Assembly (NCBI GenBank): GCA_024763135.1
Contig: JANTGD010000003.1
Span: 1 to 33,531, forward strand
Length of the DNA: 33,531 nt
Source of the DNA: Thiotrichales bacterium
GTDB lineage: Bacteria > Pseudomonadota > Gammaproteobacteria > UWMA-0217
Reading direction: 5' to 3'
Shown: piece by piece, positions 10,586-20,882 of the stretch
How the letters are laid out: every line of letters starts with the position of its first letter
Numbering within the stretch: the first letter of the stretch is position 1
The notes under the pieces: generated by a model
Database searches by the model: none
Told to the model about the DNA's origin: nothing
The model's input: only the letters and a program-made list of their open reading frames with translations
Made by a program: the position numbers and the translations under genes

Positions 10586-11408
10586 AAAGCGCCTGAGTCT
10601 TTGGGTCGGTATGGTGCTGCTGGTGGCCAGTGCCGCCGCCAGTGCGCGCATGAACAAGGAAGAGGCCGCGCGTTTTGCGTCTATGGAGCAGCAGGTTGCG
10701 CAGATGCAGGCGCGCCTGGAGCGCGCCGAAAGGCAGGCGGAGAATCTGCAGCAGATGTATATGCAGATCCAGCGGCTCGATGAGCGGAATCGGATGTTGC
10801 AAGGTCGGGTCGAAGAACTCGAACACCGTCTTCAGCAAACCAACCAACATCAACGGGAACTGTATCTGGACATGGATCAGCGTCTGCAGCGATTCGAGGC
10901 CGGCGGGATGACGCCCGGGTTCGGCGCGGGTGTGTCAGGTGCTGCAGAGACAGGTACAGGTATGACGGAGCAACCTGCGGGAGAGGGGGGCGTGGCGCAA
11001 AACACTGTAGCGCCCACCGGACTCGATGAGCAGACGGCCTACAGCCGCGCATTCGAGCAGCTCAAAGCAGGTCAGTATCCAGAAGCGATCGCGAGCTTTC
11101 GGGCCTTTTTGGAAACTTTCCCATCGAGCCCCCTGGCGGGAAATGCGCAGTATTGGCTGGGAGAAGCCCACTATGGCGATGGTAATTTCAAGCAGGCGAT
11201 CGTGGAGTTTGACCGGGTGCGAAAAAACTATCCTGATTCAAGCAAAGTACCGGACGCCGGATTGAAGCTCGCGTACAGTTATTATGCGCTGCGCCAATGG
11301 AAAAAAGCCCGTAATATTCTGCGCGCACTCAAACAGGATTACCCCAACTCAGACGTTGCAAAACTCGCCGATGATCGTCTTCGGCGCATGAAGTTGGAAG
11401 GGCACTGA
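10572..11408 (+). CDS. cpoB: Cell division coordinator CpoB (YbgF)
   Basis: Signal peptide, N-terminal coiled coil, TPR domain (NAQYWLGE, YPDSSKVPDA); follows pal. Confidence 0.93.
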   Translation: MKPNKKRLSLWVGMVLLVASAAASARMNKEEAARFASMEQQVAQMQARLERAERQAENLQQMYMQIQRLDERNRMLQGRVEELEHRLQQTNQHQRELYLDMDQRLQRFEAGGMTPGFGAGVSGAAETGTGMTEQPAGEGGVAQNTVAPTGLDEQTAYSRAFEQLKAGQYPEAIASFRAFLETFPSSPLAGNAQYWLGEAHYGDGNFKQAIVEFDRVRKNYPDSSKVPDAGLKLAYSYYALRQWKKARNILRALKQDYPNSDVAKLADDRLRRMKLEGH

Positions 11409-11429
11409 ATATCACTGCTAGGTTGAATT

Positions 11430-12092
11430 TTGACTGCAGTTGACGCCCCCTCGACGCGGCTGAGGATCACCGAGATCTTCCAATCCCTGCAAGGCGAGTC
11501 TCGTACGGTCGGTTTGCCTACGGTCTTTGTGCGCTTAACCGGTTGCCCCTTGCGCTGCGACTATTGTGACTCTGAGTATGCGTTTACCGGCGGACAATGG
11601 ATGACGCTCGATGAAGTGCTCAGTGAGGTAGCACGCTACCCCGCACGTCATGTCACAGTCACCGGCGGCGAGCCGCTGGCGCAACGCGGATGCCTGGACT
11701 TATTGCGCCATTTGCTGGATCAGGGGCGTCTGGTCTCGCTCGAAACCAGCGGGGCACTGGATATTTCAGCGGTCGATGCGCGGGCCGTGAAAGTGCTTGA
11801 TATTAAAACGCCGGATTCCGGTGAGGTCGAACGTAATCGCTGGGAAAATCTGGCCTGGCTCAGCCCGTTGGATCAGATTAAATTCGTCCTGTGCAGCCGC
11901 GCTGATTACGAATGGGCGCGCGACTGCATTCATACGCGCGACCTGACGACTGTCGCCGAAGTGCTGCTTTCCCCTTGTTATGGCCGCCTGTCACCCACAG
12001 AATTAGCCGAATGGATACTGCAAGATGGCTTGCAGGTCCGTTTTCAGCTGCAACTGCATAAAGTGCTGTGGGGAGATGAACCGGGAAGATGA
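11430..12092 (+). CDS. queE: 7-carboxy-7-deazaguanine synthase (radical SAM) QueE
   Basis: [36 protein letters not shown]; TTG start. Confidence 0.95.
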   Translation: MTAVDAPSTRLRITEIFQSLQGESRTVGLPTVFVRLTGCPLRCDYCDSEYAFTGGQWMTLDEVLSEVARYPARHVTVTGGEPLAQRGCLDLLRHLLDQGRLVSLETSGALDISAVDARAVKVLDIKTPDSGEVERNRWENLAWLSPLDQIKFVLCSRADYEWARDCIHTRDLTTVAEVLLSPCYGRLSPTELAEWILQDGLQVRFQLQLHKVLWGDEPGR

Positions 12093-12787
12093 CGAAAAAA
12101 GCAGTCGTATTGTTATCGGGTGGCATGGATTCAGCCACCACCTTGGCCATTGCGAAACACGCAGGATTTGATTGTTACGCGCTGAGTTTTCGTTATGGAC
12201 AGCGACATAGCGCAGAATTGCACGCGGCTGCGCGAATCGCGGCGCAACAACAGGTGGCGGCGCACCGAATAATCGATCTCGATCTCGCGGGCATCGGCGG
12301 CTCTGCCTTGACCGATCCCAGTATTGCCGTCCCGGAATCGCCCTCCGAGGGGATTCCCGTGACCTATGTGCCCGCTCGTAATACTGTCTTCCTTTCCATC
12401 GCCCTGGCGTGGGCCGAAGTATTATCCGCTCAGCATATCTTTATTGGCGTCAATGCTGTGGACTATTCAGGGTATCCGGATTGTCGGCCCGAGTTTATTT
12501 CTGCATTCGAACGAATGGCCAATCTTGCAACCAAGGCAGGGATCGAAGGACAGCACTTAACCATTGAAACACCGCTCATTCAAATGCGTAAAGCGGATAT
12601 TATTAAAACCGGGATTGCGTTGGGCGTTGACTACAGCCAGACAGTGACCTGTTACCAGGCAGACGAAAGCGGTCGCGCCTGTGGTCGCTGTGATGCCTGC
12701 CGCTTACGTGCTGAAGGGTTTGCGCTGGCGGGTGCTCCCGATACCACGCGCTACGCCACCTCTGAACCAGACAGCACAGACCGTTAG
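12089..12787 (+). CDS. queC: 7-cyano-7-deazaguanine synthase QueC
   Basis: [26 protein letters not shown]...CGRCDAC zinc site. Confidence 0.97.
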   Translation: MTKKAVVLLSGGMDSATTLAIAKHAGFDCYALSFRYGQRHSAELHAAARIAAQQQVAAHRIIDLDLAGIGGSALTDPSIAVPESPSEGIPVTYVPARNTVFLSIALAWAEVLSAQHIFIGVNAVDYSGYPDCRPEFISAFERMANLATKAGIEGQHLTIETPLIQMRKADIIKTGIALGVDYSQTVTCYQADESGRACGRCDACRLRAEGFALAGAPDTTRYATSEPDSTDR

Positions 12788-12970
12788 TGTTGTGTTTTTT
12801 CATACAAAGCCACGATTAAGAAAGCCAGTCTATCCGTAAGTGCAGGGCGCAGCGCGTGGGGAAGGGTGGTGCCCGTGTCTGGGGAAGTCCCGGGGCACGC
12901 GGGGGCCGCTTAACTGATAGGCAGGTCGTATACTTCGGTTCCTTAATTCATACAGACTAAGAGGCTTGCA

Positions 12971-14188
12971 ATGAGTTTGTTAATGCAGGTGTTACTGGCG
13001 GGTTTTGTGATTACGCTGGTCATGGGTGCGGTTGCAGTAAAAACCAACTTCTGCACCATGGGCGCCGTCTCAGATGCCGTCAATATTGGGGATACTGGGC
13101 GTCTGCGCGCGTGGATCTTTGCCGCGGCGGTTGCCATCCTTGGCGTTATGGGATTGCAAGTTGCCGGTTTGAGTGATTTTTCGATCACCGCTGATGGGGG
13201 TTCGGCTATTCCACCCTATCGCACGGCCATGTTTGCTTGGCCACGCTACATCCTGGGAGGGCTATTGTTCGGTATTGGCATGACCTTGGGCTCGGGTTGC
13301 GGAAACAAGACACTATTACGCGTTGGAGGAGGGAATTTAAAATCTCTGTTCGTTCTCGCAGCCATGGGGTTTGGCGCGTATTTGATGATTTTTACCAATT
13401 TCAGCGCCACGGTGTTTATGAGCTGGATGTCACCGTTGTTTGTGGACCTGAGTGCGTTTGGCATTGCGGACCAGAGCTTGCACACACTGATTGGTAGCAG
13501 TTTTGGCATCGCATCGGCGAATCTGGAATATATGCTCGCTGCGGCTTTAGGACTCGCCCTGATTGCCTGGGCGCTTGCCAGCCGGGATTTTAGAAACAGC
13601 TTCGACAATATACTGGGTGGATTCGTGGTTGGACTTGCCGTGGTGGCTGCGTGGTATGTCACCACCGGCCCATTGGGAGCCGCTCTGCTGGAAGAAGTGG
13701 AATTCATGGACGAGCGCCCCTTGGCGGTTGGTGCCCAGTCATTGACCTTCGTACAACCCAGCGGTCAGTTCATCAACTGGATCAAACAGGGCGGCGACAG
13801 CAACTTGCTCACTTTCGCTATGTTTGCAGGCGCAGGAGCAATTGTTGGGGCATTTCTTTACTCGGTCATCGCGCGCAAATTCAAGTTTGAATGGTTTACC
13901 GGCATACGAGATTTCACCAATCACATCATTGGGGGATTTCTCATGGGAATCGGTGGTGTACTCGGTATGGGCTGTACCATTGGTCAGGGCGTCACCGGCG
14001 TCTCCACCCTGGCGCTTGGCTCCTTTATCACCATGCTATCCATCATGTTGGGGAGTGCGCTGACCATGAAAGTGCAACTTTATAAAATGGTGTACGAAGA
14101 AGAAGCCAGCTTTGGAAAAGCGTTGCTCACCGGTTTGGCCGATCTACATTTACTACCCAATAAATTGCGTCGGCTCGATGCAGTTTGA
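12971..14188 (+). CDS. YeeE/YedE family membrane protein (sulfur-compound transport family)
   Basis: Multi-TM protein with the family's cysteine motifs NFC, GGLLFGIGMTLGSGC and GGFLMGIGGVLGMGC; GAGG RBS. Confidence 0.88.
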   Translation: MSLLMQVLLAGFVITLVMGAVAVKTNFCTMGAVSDAVNIGDTGRLRAWIFAAAVAILGVMGLQVAGLSDFSITADGGSAIPPYRTAMFAWPRYILGGLLFGIGMTLGSGCGNKTLLRVGGGNLKSLFVLAAMGFGAYLMIFTNFSATVFMSWMSPLFVDLSAFGIADQSLHTLIGSSFGIASANLEYMLAAALGLALIAWALASRDFRNSFDNILGGFVVGLAVVAAWYVTTGPLGAALLEEVEFMDERPLAVGAQSLTFVQPSGQFINWIKQGGDSNLLTFAMFAGAGAIVGAFLYSVIARKFKFEWFTGIRDFTNHIIGGFLMGIGGVLGMGCTIGQGVTGVSTLALGSFITMLSIMLGSALTMKVQLYKMVYEEEASFGKALLTGLADLHLLPNKLRRLDAV

Positions 14189-14283
14189 GCCTTGCCGTTA
14201 AGATCGGATACAGGTGGATAAAAGGAAGTTTTGCGCAGGTTTTCATGGGCCTGCGCAACCTTAAGCCTGGCCGCATAAAGCAC

Positions 14284-14311
14284 TTGTCATTCTCGTCACA
14301 ACGTGTATCAT
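14284..14311 (+). promoter_or_regulatory. Putative sigma70 promoter of tRNA-Lys
   Basis: TTGTCA-16 nt-TATCAT followed by GC-rich TACGCCC discriminator, ~20 nt before the tRNA, as in stable-RNA promoters. Confidence 0.6.
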
Positions 14312-14330
14312 TACGCCCTCTTTACGGAAC

Positions 14331-14406
14331 GGGTCGTTAGCTCAGCCGGTAGAGCACCGCACTTTTAATGCGATGGTCGAGCGTTCGAATCGCTCACGAC
14401 CCACCA
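14331..14406 (+). tRNA. tRNA-Lys (anticodon TTT)
   Basis: 76 nt; acceptor stem GGGTCGT/ACGACCC, anticodon loop CTTTTAA (TTT at 14364-14366), T arm GAGCG-TTCGAAT-CGCTC, encoded CCA. Confidence 0.98.
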
Positions 14407-14410
14407 TCTT

Positions 14411-14475
14411 TTTCAAAGGGTTACGGCGATTAAATTTTTTTCAGCCGTTTCCAGTGTGGCCTGAATGTGGCTACA
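14411..14475. other. Possible attachment-site remnant: IHF-like site plus tandem TGTGGC motifs
   Basis: TTTCAAAGGGTTA (14411-14423) is one mismatch from IHF consensus WATCAANNNNTTR. TGTGGC occurs at 14455 and 14466, directly 3' of the tRNA. Confidence 0.4.
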
Positions 14476-14595
14476 AAGCCGATCCAACGGCGGTTTTCCT
14501 CTAAGATTTCCACTGCTGCCTGAACGTTGTGGCGACCCATCCGCAGCAAGCGATTGATCGATGCCGGTGATTCGCTTTCGGCATAAGCCAAAAGC

Positions 14596-14850
14596 TAGGA
14601 AGTTCAAGCCTCATTCGCAACCAGAGCCTGACAAAATCTCCCGATTCAGGACACATCATCTTGTCCCGGCACCGAGCCACCATCCCTTCTTAATACCGTA
14701 TTCTGGCCGGACCAGTCACCCAAGCATTATGAAAATGCCGTATTACCACGGAAAACCGCAAACAGCGGGCGCAAAATAACCTGCCGGAACGTCGTTGCTT
14801 CACTCAGCATTTACATTACTGAGAGTGTCCTGGGCTTCGTTACCAGCTCA
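14596..14850. repeat. Direct repeat copy 1 (IS91/ISCR-like ori-side end), 255 nt
   Basis: Aligns to 31565-31810. From 14618 onward the copies differ by only 4 substitutions and two indels (3 and 6 nt) by manual comparison. Confidence 0.97.
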
Positions 14851-15784
14851 CGCTCTGGTCAAACGCCCAATCGCCGGTATCCTGATTGGTATCTTCGTGC
14901 AAGGTGATCGTCTGATCGCACATCGGCCAGTTTGGTGGTGCGTGTGGCGGATGGATTCGTGATGGCTCACCGAATACTCCAATACAGTTGAGAACACGGC
15001 GTACCGGTTCTATCTCTTCGAGGAAGGCGATGACTCTCATCTTGGCGCCACAGTCGGGGCATGCCAGTGGTGAGGCGTCGTAGATTCTGGCAATCAGCAC
15101 AACCCACAGATGAATCAACAGGCACGCTATTGTCGTATCGCTCTGGCCTTGATCCTCTTTCTCCCTCGGCTTCGGCTGCCTGTTTTGGGATCGCGGTAAA
15201 AATCGGTCATCCTGGCCGTGCAACAATCGCGTCGCGCCTGCCTCGCCTCCAGGGAGGGAGGCGGGTCTCAGGACGAGAGGAGCAAAGTAACGATGCCGCC
15301 CGACTCTGAATCCACCGGTGCGTCCGGGCTATGCATTTTGATGGCGCGGATGATTTCATCCTGTGCATTCCGGGTCACCCGATTGAGCAGTTCGACATTA
15401 TCATTGAAGTAGTGGCGTAGCCATTTTGGGAAACAGATGACCACTTGTCGCAGGGGCGTTTCGGGTAATACGTTGTCCAGTAGATGCGCGGCGGTAAAAA
15501 CCCCATGCGTTGTGTAGTGCAGGAGGGGCAGGTGCCGCGACCCTTGCAGAAAAATCCGATGAGAAAGTCATGCCCGCAGCCGTGACAGCGGGCGCGGGCG
15601 AAGCCGTGCGCCAGAATTCCACAACGTAGAAATCCACGCAGGTCACGATCAATAGGGTGTGGGACATCTTCCTGTCGGGATGCAACAGCCGTTTTTCTTC
15701 CCGCCAGCTTTCCAGTTGCTGCTGCACAGCTTGATAAGCCGTGCTTCGTTCGGGATGACGATTAGCGTCATTGGGTCCTGGCAT
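14840..15784 (-). pseudogene. IS91/ISCR-family transposase pseudogene (frameshifts, catalytic core deleted)
   Basis: Across shifted frames: RHPERSTAYQAVQQQLESW / RDLRGFLRCGILAHGFARARCHGCGHDFLIGF / CKGRGTCPSCTTQRM / TAAHLLDNVLPETPLRQVVICFPKWLR. C-terminal LWVVLIARIYDASPLACPDCGAKMRVIAF...DQSVSW. No HUH motif or catalytic Tyr region seen between them. Confidence 0.9.
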
Positions 15785-16369
15785 CGTGCAAGGGAGTGAG
15801 GCTTGAAATGTGATCTTTGCAGTAGGTTCTACCCAAGCCCGCCAAAGCGCTTTGAGTGATCTTTCTCACATCGCTCGGTCTAGAGAGTTGCGGGGGGGGA
15901 ATCGGAGCACTTCACTGGAAAGCAAAACAATGCGCTCTGGAGCAAATGAAAATGCGGGTAATTCACGTCGACTCGGAGCCGGGGTTGTCAATTCAGCAAT
16001 TTACAAGGCAAAAGGAGTGGGGCTCCTGTAAGTTGTAGCCCGCATAAGCGAAGCACCATCTCGCATGTTCCCCCAAAAGATGGCTGTGGAGTCCGGTTTC
16101 GCGCCCGGACAATCAGCGATAATTTTTGTTTAAATCGCGGAGGCGCAAGTAGATTTTCTTTTCTCACCCAAAGAAAATATAGCCGGATACCTGCCTTTTT
16201 CCACACCCTCGGCGATAAAAAAATGTGCCGCATATCTTCAATAGGGTACAACTGTTGTCTTATTTTAACGATCACTGCGCGATCCTGTGAGAAATGCGGG
16301 CTAGCGGTTGCCATATAAAACGTTCTCGGCTAAATAATAAATATCGACCTGTAATCAGAGGCTGCATGT

Positions 16370-17119
16370 ATGGCTGCTTCAGAATTAAATATCTCAATTA
16401 GGCCTGATTCTTCGCTATCGGTTGTCTTTCAGGCAAAGGGGGTCACCAAGATTTACCAGATGGGTGAGGTGCAGGTTCATGCGCTACGCGGTGTTGATCT
16501 GGAGCTGCGGGAGGGTGAATTTGTTGTCTTGCTAGGTGCATCGGGGAGCGGCAAGTCGACATTGCTCAATATCCTAGGCGGCCTGGACGTACCTACCAGT
16601 GGAACAGTGCACTACAGAGACCAGGACCTGACCACCTTTAGGGACTCGGTGCTTACCCGTTACCGTCGTGAGCATATTGGATTTGTGTTCCAGTTCTACA
16701 ATCTGATACCCAGCCTCACCGCAAGGGAAAATGTCGCGCTGGTAACCGAAATTGCAAAAAACCCTCTGGCGCCGGCAGAGGCTTTAAAGCTGGTTGATCT
16801 GGGCGATCGTCTGGACCATTTTCCGGCGCAGTTATCCGGTGGTGAGCAACAGCGCGTGGCGATAGCACGGGCGATTGCCAAGCGTCCCGAGGTGCTGCTT
16901 TGCGATGAACCCACCGGTGCGCTGGATCTGAAAACCGGTATTGTGGTGCTGGAAGCTCTCGAACGGGTCAACCGTGAACTGGGCACCACCACGGTAGTGA
17001 TCACCCACAATGTGGATATCGCGCAGATGGCTGACCGTGTCATTCACTTGAGCGATGGCAGAATTGTCAGTGATGAAACCAATCCGGACAAAGTGCCGCC
17101 CTCGGAACTGACATGGTAA
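16370..17119 (+). CDS. ABC transporter ATP-binding protein (LolD/MacB-like)
   Basis: [45 protein letters not shown]. Confidence 0.96.
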   Translation: MAASELNISIRPDSSLSVVFQAKGVTKIYQMGEVQVHALRGVDLELREGEFVVLLGASGSGKSTLLNILGGLDVPTSGTVHYRDQDLTTFRDSVLTRYRREHIGFVFQFYNLIPSLTARENVALVTEIAKNPLAPAEALKLVDLGDRLDHFPAQLSGGEQQRVAIARAIAKRPEVLLCDEPTGALDLKTGIVVLEALERVNRELGTTTVVITHNVDIAQMADRVIHLSDGRIVSDETNPDKVPPSELTW

Positions 17120-17131
17120 TGAGGCCCTGAA

Positions 17132-19498
17132 ATGAACGCTCTTGACCTTAAAATGTGGCGGGATCTGTGGCGTCTGCGCGGTCAGGCGTTTGCAATCGTC
17201 GCCGTGATGGCCAGTGGCGTCGCCTGTTTTATCATGTTTCTCACCACGCTGGACTCAATGCAACTGACCCGCGAGTTGTACTATCGGGATTACCGTTTTG
17301 CAGAAATCTTCGCCCCGTTAAAACGTGCACCACAATCCTTACAGGCGCGTATTGCCGCACTCAATGGCGTTGCCAGGATTGATACACGGGTGATCGCGCC
17401 GGCGACTATCGACATTGAAGGCTTTTCAGAGCCCGTCACGGGCGTCATTACTTCCATACCCGATAGCGGTGAACCACTGCTCAATAATCTCTATTTACGT
17501 TCAGGGAGATTGCTGGACGCGGGAAGAAATGATGAGGTCATCATCAGCGAGCCTTTTGCCGAGGCCCATGGTTTTAAACCAGGCGACAAGCTGCACGTCA
17601 TTGTCCGTGGTAAGCGCAAACAGCTGCGCATCGTCGGTACAGGCAGTTCACCGGAATATATTCATCAATTGCGCCCTGGGGGGACGTTCCCGGATTATAA
17701 GCACTTTGGCGTCATGTGGATGGCGCGCACGCCATTGTCCCATGCGTATGACATGGAGGGCGCGTTTAACAATATCGTGCTGACCCTCGACGAGGGCGCG
17801 AAAGGGCAGGATATTATTGACCGGATTGATGACATTCTGGATCCCTATGGCGGTGGTGGCGCCTATTTCCGCAAAGATCAGAGTTCGCATCGTTTTCTTT
17901 CTCAGGAAATCGACCAGATCGAAAATCTTGCCAATATTTTTCCGATCATTTTTCTTGGCGTGGCCGCTTTTCTGTTGAATGTGGTGGTCACGCGTCTGGT
18001 GGGCGCGCAGCGTGAACAAATCGCGGCGCTGAAGGCGTTTGGCTATGGCAACCCGGCGGTTGCGGTACATTTCTTAAAAATGGTTCTGCTGATTGTGCTG
18101 GCGGCAGTGGTGCTGGGGGTGCTGGTCGGAGCCTGGCTTGGCGTGATGCTCAGCGGGATTTATGTCGAGCTGTTTCGTCTGCCGTTTCTGAATTTCGAAC
18201 TCAGGCCGCAGCGTATCATCCAGGCGACTACTATCACCGCGATAGCCGGTTTACTCGGCACATTAGCTGCGGTGCGCATAGCGGCAAAGCTAAAGCCAGC
18301 GGAAGCGATGCGCCCTGAATCTCCGGCTGCCTATCGCCAGACCCTGATTGAAGCACTCGGAATGAAACGACTGTTTTCGGCCCCAACGCGTATGATTCTG
18401 CGCCATATCAGTCACAAGCCGCTAAAATCGCTGTTGTCAGTGCTGGGCATCTCATTCGCCTGTGCCATCCTGATGTCTGGTCGTTTTCAGGAAGACACTG
18501 TTAATTATATGATGGATATACATTATGGGCTGTCACAACGCGATGATCTTTATCTGTTATTTAACGAAGCCACCTCGCGCAAGGCGCTTGCGGAATTGGT
18601 CAGCCTGCCTGGCGTTGAATTTGGAGAGGTCTTCCGCGCTGTATCGGTTCGCCTGCGTCATGAGCATCATCATTATCGTACCTACATCCAGGGCTTTGAA
18701 CCGCGGGGTGAAATCAAGCGTCTGGTGAATACCGACCTGCAACCCTTTGAGTTGCCACGCGCCGGTATCGTGTTAAATGAATATCTTGGCAAAAATATAC
18801 TGGGCCTGAAACTGGGTGACCGGGTAACCGTGGAAGTGCTTGAAGGCAATAAACCCGTCCGCGAAGTTCCAGTGGTGGCGATGGTGCACCAGCATCTCGG
18901 GGTGGGCGCGTATATGGACAGGCGCGCACTCAACCGCCTGTTGTCCGAGGGAGACTTAATCTCTGGCGCTTATCTTTATATCGATGAAGCTTATGAAAAC
19001 GAGATCTATCAGCGCCTTAAAGAACGGCCACGCATCATAGGCACTGCAGTGCGTGCTCATGAACTGGCCAACTTCCATCGCACCATGGATGACACCATGT
19101 TGTTCAATGCGTATATCTCCGCCTTTTTCGCCAGTATTATTGCGTTTGGTGTGATCTATAACAGCGCACGCATCACTTTGACAGAGCGTGGCCGTGAGCT
19201 GGCCAGCCTGCGCGTTCTCGGTTTCACAAGAGGAGAGATTTCCTACATCCTGCTGGGTGAGCTGGCGATATTGACGCTGGTCGCGATACCACCAGGGCTT
19301 TTGTTGGGCAAGGGGCTGTGCGCCTACATCGCCAAGTCCATGGATAGCGATCTGTATCGTGTGCCACTGATTCTGGAGCCCCATACCTATGCATTCGCCG
19401 CACTGGTGGTACTCATTTCCGCGGTGGCTTCCGGTCTGCTTGTGCGCAGGCGGCTTGACCGCCTTAATCTCATTGAGGTCCTCAAAACCAGAGAGTAA
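17132..19498 (+). CDS. ABC transporter permease with two FtsX/MacB-like repeats
   Basis: Two TM + periplasmic + TM units with QREQIAALKAFGY and ERGRELASLRVLGF signatures; 788 aa. Confidence 0.93.
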   Translation: MNALDLKMWRDLWRLRGQAFAIVAVMASGVACFIMFLTTLDSMQLTRELYYRDYRFAEIFAPLKRAPQSLQARIAALNGVARIDTRVIAPATIDIEGFSEPVTGVITSIPDSGEPLLNNLYLRSGRLLDAGRNDEVIISEPFAEAHGFKPGDKLHVIVRGKRKQLRIVGTGSSPEYIHQLRPGGTFPDYKHFGVMWMARTPLSHAYDMEGAFNNIVLTLDEGAKGQDIIDRIDDILDPYGGGGAYFRKDQSSHRFLSQEIDQIENLANIFPIIFLGVAAFLLNVVVTRLVGAQREQIAALKAFGYGNPAVAVHFLKMVLLIVLAAVVLGVLVGAWLGVMLSGIYVELFRLPFLNFELRPQRIIQATTITAIAGLLGTLAAVRIAAKLKPAEAMRPESPAAYRQTLIEALGMKRLFSAPTRMILRHISHKPLKSLLSVLGISFACAILMSGRFQEDTVNYMMDIHYGLSQRDDLYLLFNEATSRKALAELVSLPGVEFGEVFRAVSVRLRHEHHHYRTYIQGFEPRGEIKRLVNTDLQPFELPRAGIVLNEYLGKNILGLKLGDRVTVEVLEGNKPVREVPVVAMVHQHLGVGAYMDRRALNRLLSEGDLISGAYLYIDEAYENEIYQRLKERPRIIGTAVRAHELANFHRTMDDTMLFNAYISAFFASIIAFGVIYNSARITLTERGRELASLRVLGFTRGEISYILLGELAILTLVAIPPGLLLGKGLCAYIAKSMDSDLYRVPLILEPHTYAFAALVVLISAVASGLLVRRRLDRLNLIEVLKTRE

Positions 19499-19500
19499 AC

Positions 19501-20724
19501 ATGAATTTATACTGGCGAAGAAGAATCATCTGGTTACTTGTCTTGCTATTGATAGGCGCCGCATTGCTATATGGATTCCGCCCTCAACCCCGCCTTGTCA
19601 ATATCGCCGAGGTAAAACGAGCCCCCATGCAGGTCAGCGTTGAAGAAGAAGGCAAGACCCGCGTCATCGACCGTTATATTATCTCTGCGCCTGTGGCCGG
19701 AACCACCTGCCGCGTGGACATGGACATTGGTGACCATGTGAAAAAAAACCAGCCGCTCGTTACCATCGAACCCCTGAAATCACAGGCGCTGGATCCGCGC
19801 AGCCGGGCCGAAGCGCAGTATCGTGTGGCTACAAAGGAGGCCGCTTTACGCGCTGCGGAACAAAAAGCCCAATCGACCAAGGCCGAGGCCGAGCTGGCAC
19901 GAATAGAATTAAACCGCATAAAACCACTGGCGAATAAAGGCCATATAGCCAGGGAGGAACTGGACCATGCCGCTACACTTGCTCGCAGTAGTACTGCGGC
20001 CAAACGTTCTGCCGATTTTGCAGTGGACGTTGCCCGTCATGAACTGGGCGCCGCCAGGACTGCACTGAAATTCGCAGGCGCAAAAGGCGAATTGGATTCG
20101 TCAAACACGGTACAGGTTCGAGCACCGGTATCGGGAAGAATATTGAAAATCCAGCAGCAGTGTGCAGGCGTCGTCGCCGCGGGCCAGCCGTTGCTGGAAA
20201 TTGGCGATACCCGCTCCCTGGAAATTGCGACCGAGGTGCTTTCCCCGGACGCGGTTAAAATCAAACCCGGTATGCGCGTGATCTTCAATCGCTGGGGTGG
20301 AGAAAAACCCCTGCAGGGACAGGTTCGGACCGTGGAGCCGGTCGGTTTCACTAAAGTGTCTGCGCTGGGTGTGGAGGAACAACGTGTGCGGATTATTGCC
20401 GATATCACATCGGAAGAAAAGCAATGGCGAAGCCTGGGGGACGGTTATCGCGTCGAAGCTCGTTTTATTCTCTGGGAAGCAAAAAACATTTTGCAAATAC
20501 CGGGGAGTGCGCTATTTCGGGTTAACAATCACAACCAGGACCCAATAAAGGGTGGCTGGGCGGTATTTGTAATGGAAAACGAAAAAGCAAGCAGACGCAA
20601 CGTAGAGATTGGAAAGCGAAATGGTTTGTCGGCCCAGATAGTCAGGGGATTACAGAAAGGCGAAAAAGTTATAACACATCCGGATGACAGCATCGAAGAA
20701 GGTGTGGCTATAAAGCTTAGATAA
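19501..20724 (+). CDS. Efflux membrane fusion protein (HlyD-family periplasmic adaptor)
   Basis: N-terminal TM, ISAPVAG and VRAPVSG lipoyl halves flanking a helical hairpin, TKVSALGVEEQRV. Confidence 0.93.
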   Translation: MNLYWRRRIIWLLVLLLIGAALLYGFRPQPRLVNIAEVKRAPMQVSVEEEGKTRVIDRYIISAPVAGTTCRVDMDIGDHVKKNQPLVTIEPLKSQALDPRSRAEAQYRVATKEAALRAAEQKAQSTKAEAELARIELNRIKPLANKGHIAREELDHAATLARSSTAAKRSADFAVDVARHELGAARTALKFAGAKGELDSSNTVQVRAPVSGRILKIQQQCAGVVAAGQPLLEIGDTRSLEIATEVLSPDAVKIKPGMRVIFNRWGGEKPLQGQVRTVEPVGFTKVSALGVEEQRVRIIADITSEEKQWRSLGDGYRVEARFILWEAKNILQIPGSALFRVNNHNQDPIKGGWAVFVMENEKASRRNVEIGKRNGLSAQIVRGLQKGEKVITHPDDSIEEGVAIKLR

Positions 20725-20882
20725 GATGGCGAAGTTGTCAGTAATCAGCGTTTCATAAGATCAAGCGTTCTGAGTGTTCGATTAAGAATAAAACATGGGA
20801 ACACCCTTTAAATAGCCTTGTAGACAGGTTTCTTTGATGTCCTGCGGATCGTTAAAAGAGCACGCAAAAAGGAGATCGAAGA

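Larger units (their letters stand above)
14592..15784 (-). mobile_element. Defective IS91/ISCR-like rolling-circle element (oriIS end to transposase start; terIS not located)
   Basis: Transposase remnant, ~240 nt 3' non-coding region, and terminal GGCTTGAACTTCCTAGC (minus strand) resembling ISCR oriIS as recalled (approx. GxxTTGAAxTTCCTATxC). Confidence 0.8.

Noticed and set aside
14357-14373. C27-A43 mismatch at the top of the tRNA-Lys anticodon stem
   Set aside because: Mismatches at 27-43 are tolerated in many tRNAs; the rest of the cloverleaf is canonical.
16035-16065. GTAG-starting REP-like sequence (GTAGCCCGCATAAGCGAAGC...)
   Set aside because: Single degenerate copy with a broken stem and no RAYT gene in the window.
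15785-16330. Search for terIS and short ORFs upstream of the transposase
   Set aside because: No convincing terminal hairpin or tetranucleotide could be assigned by eye; the ORFs lack recognisable motifs.
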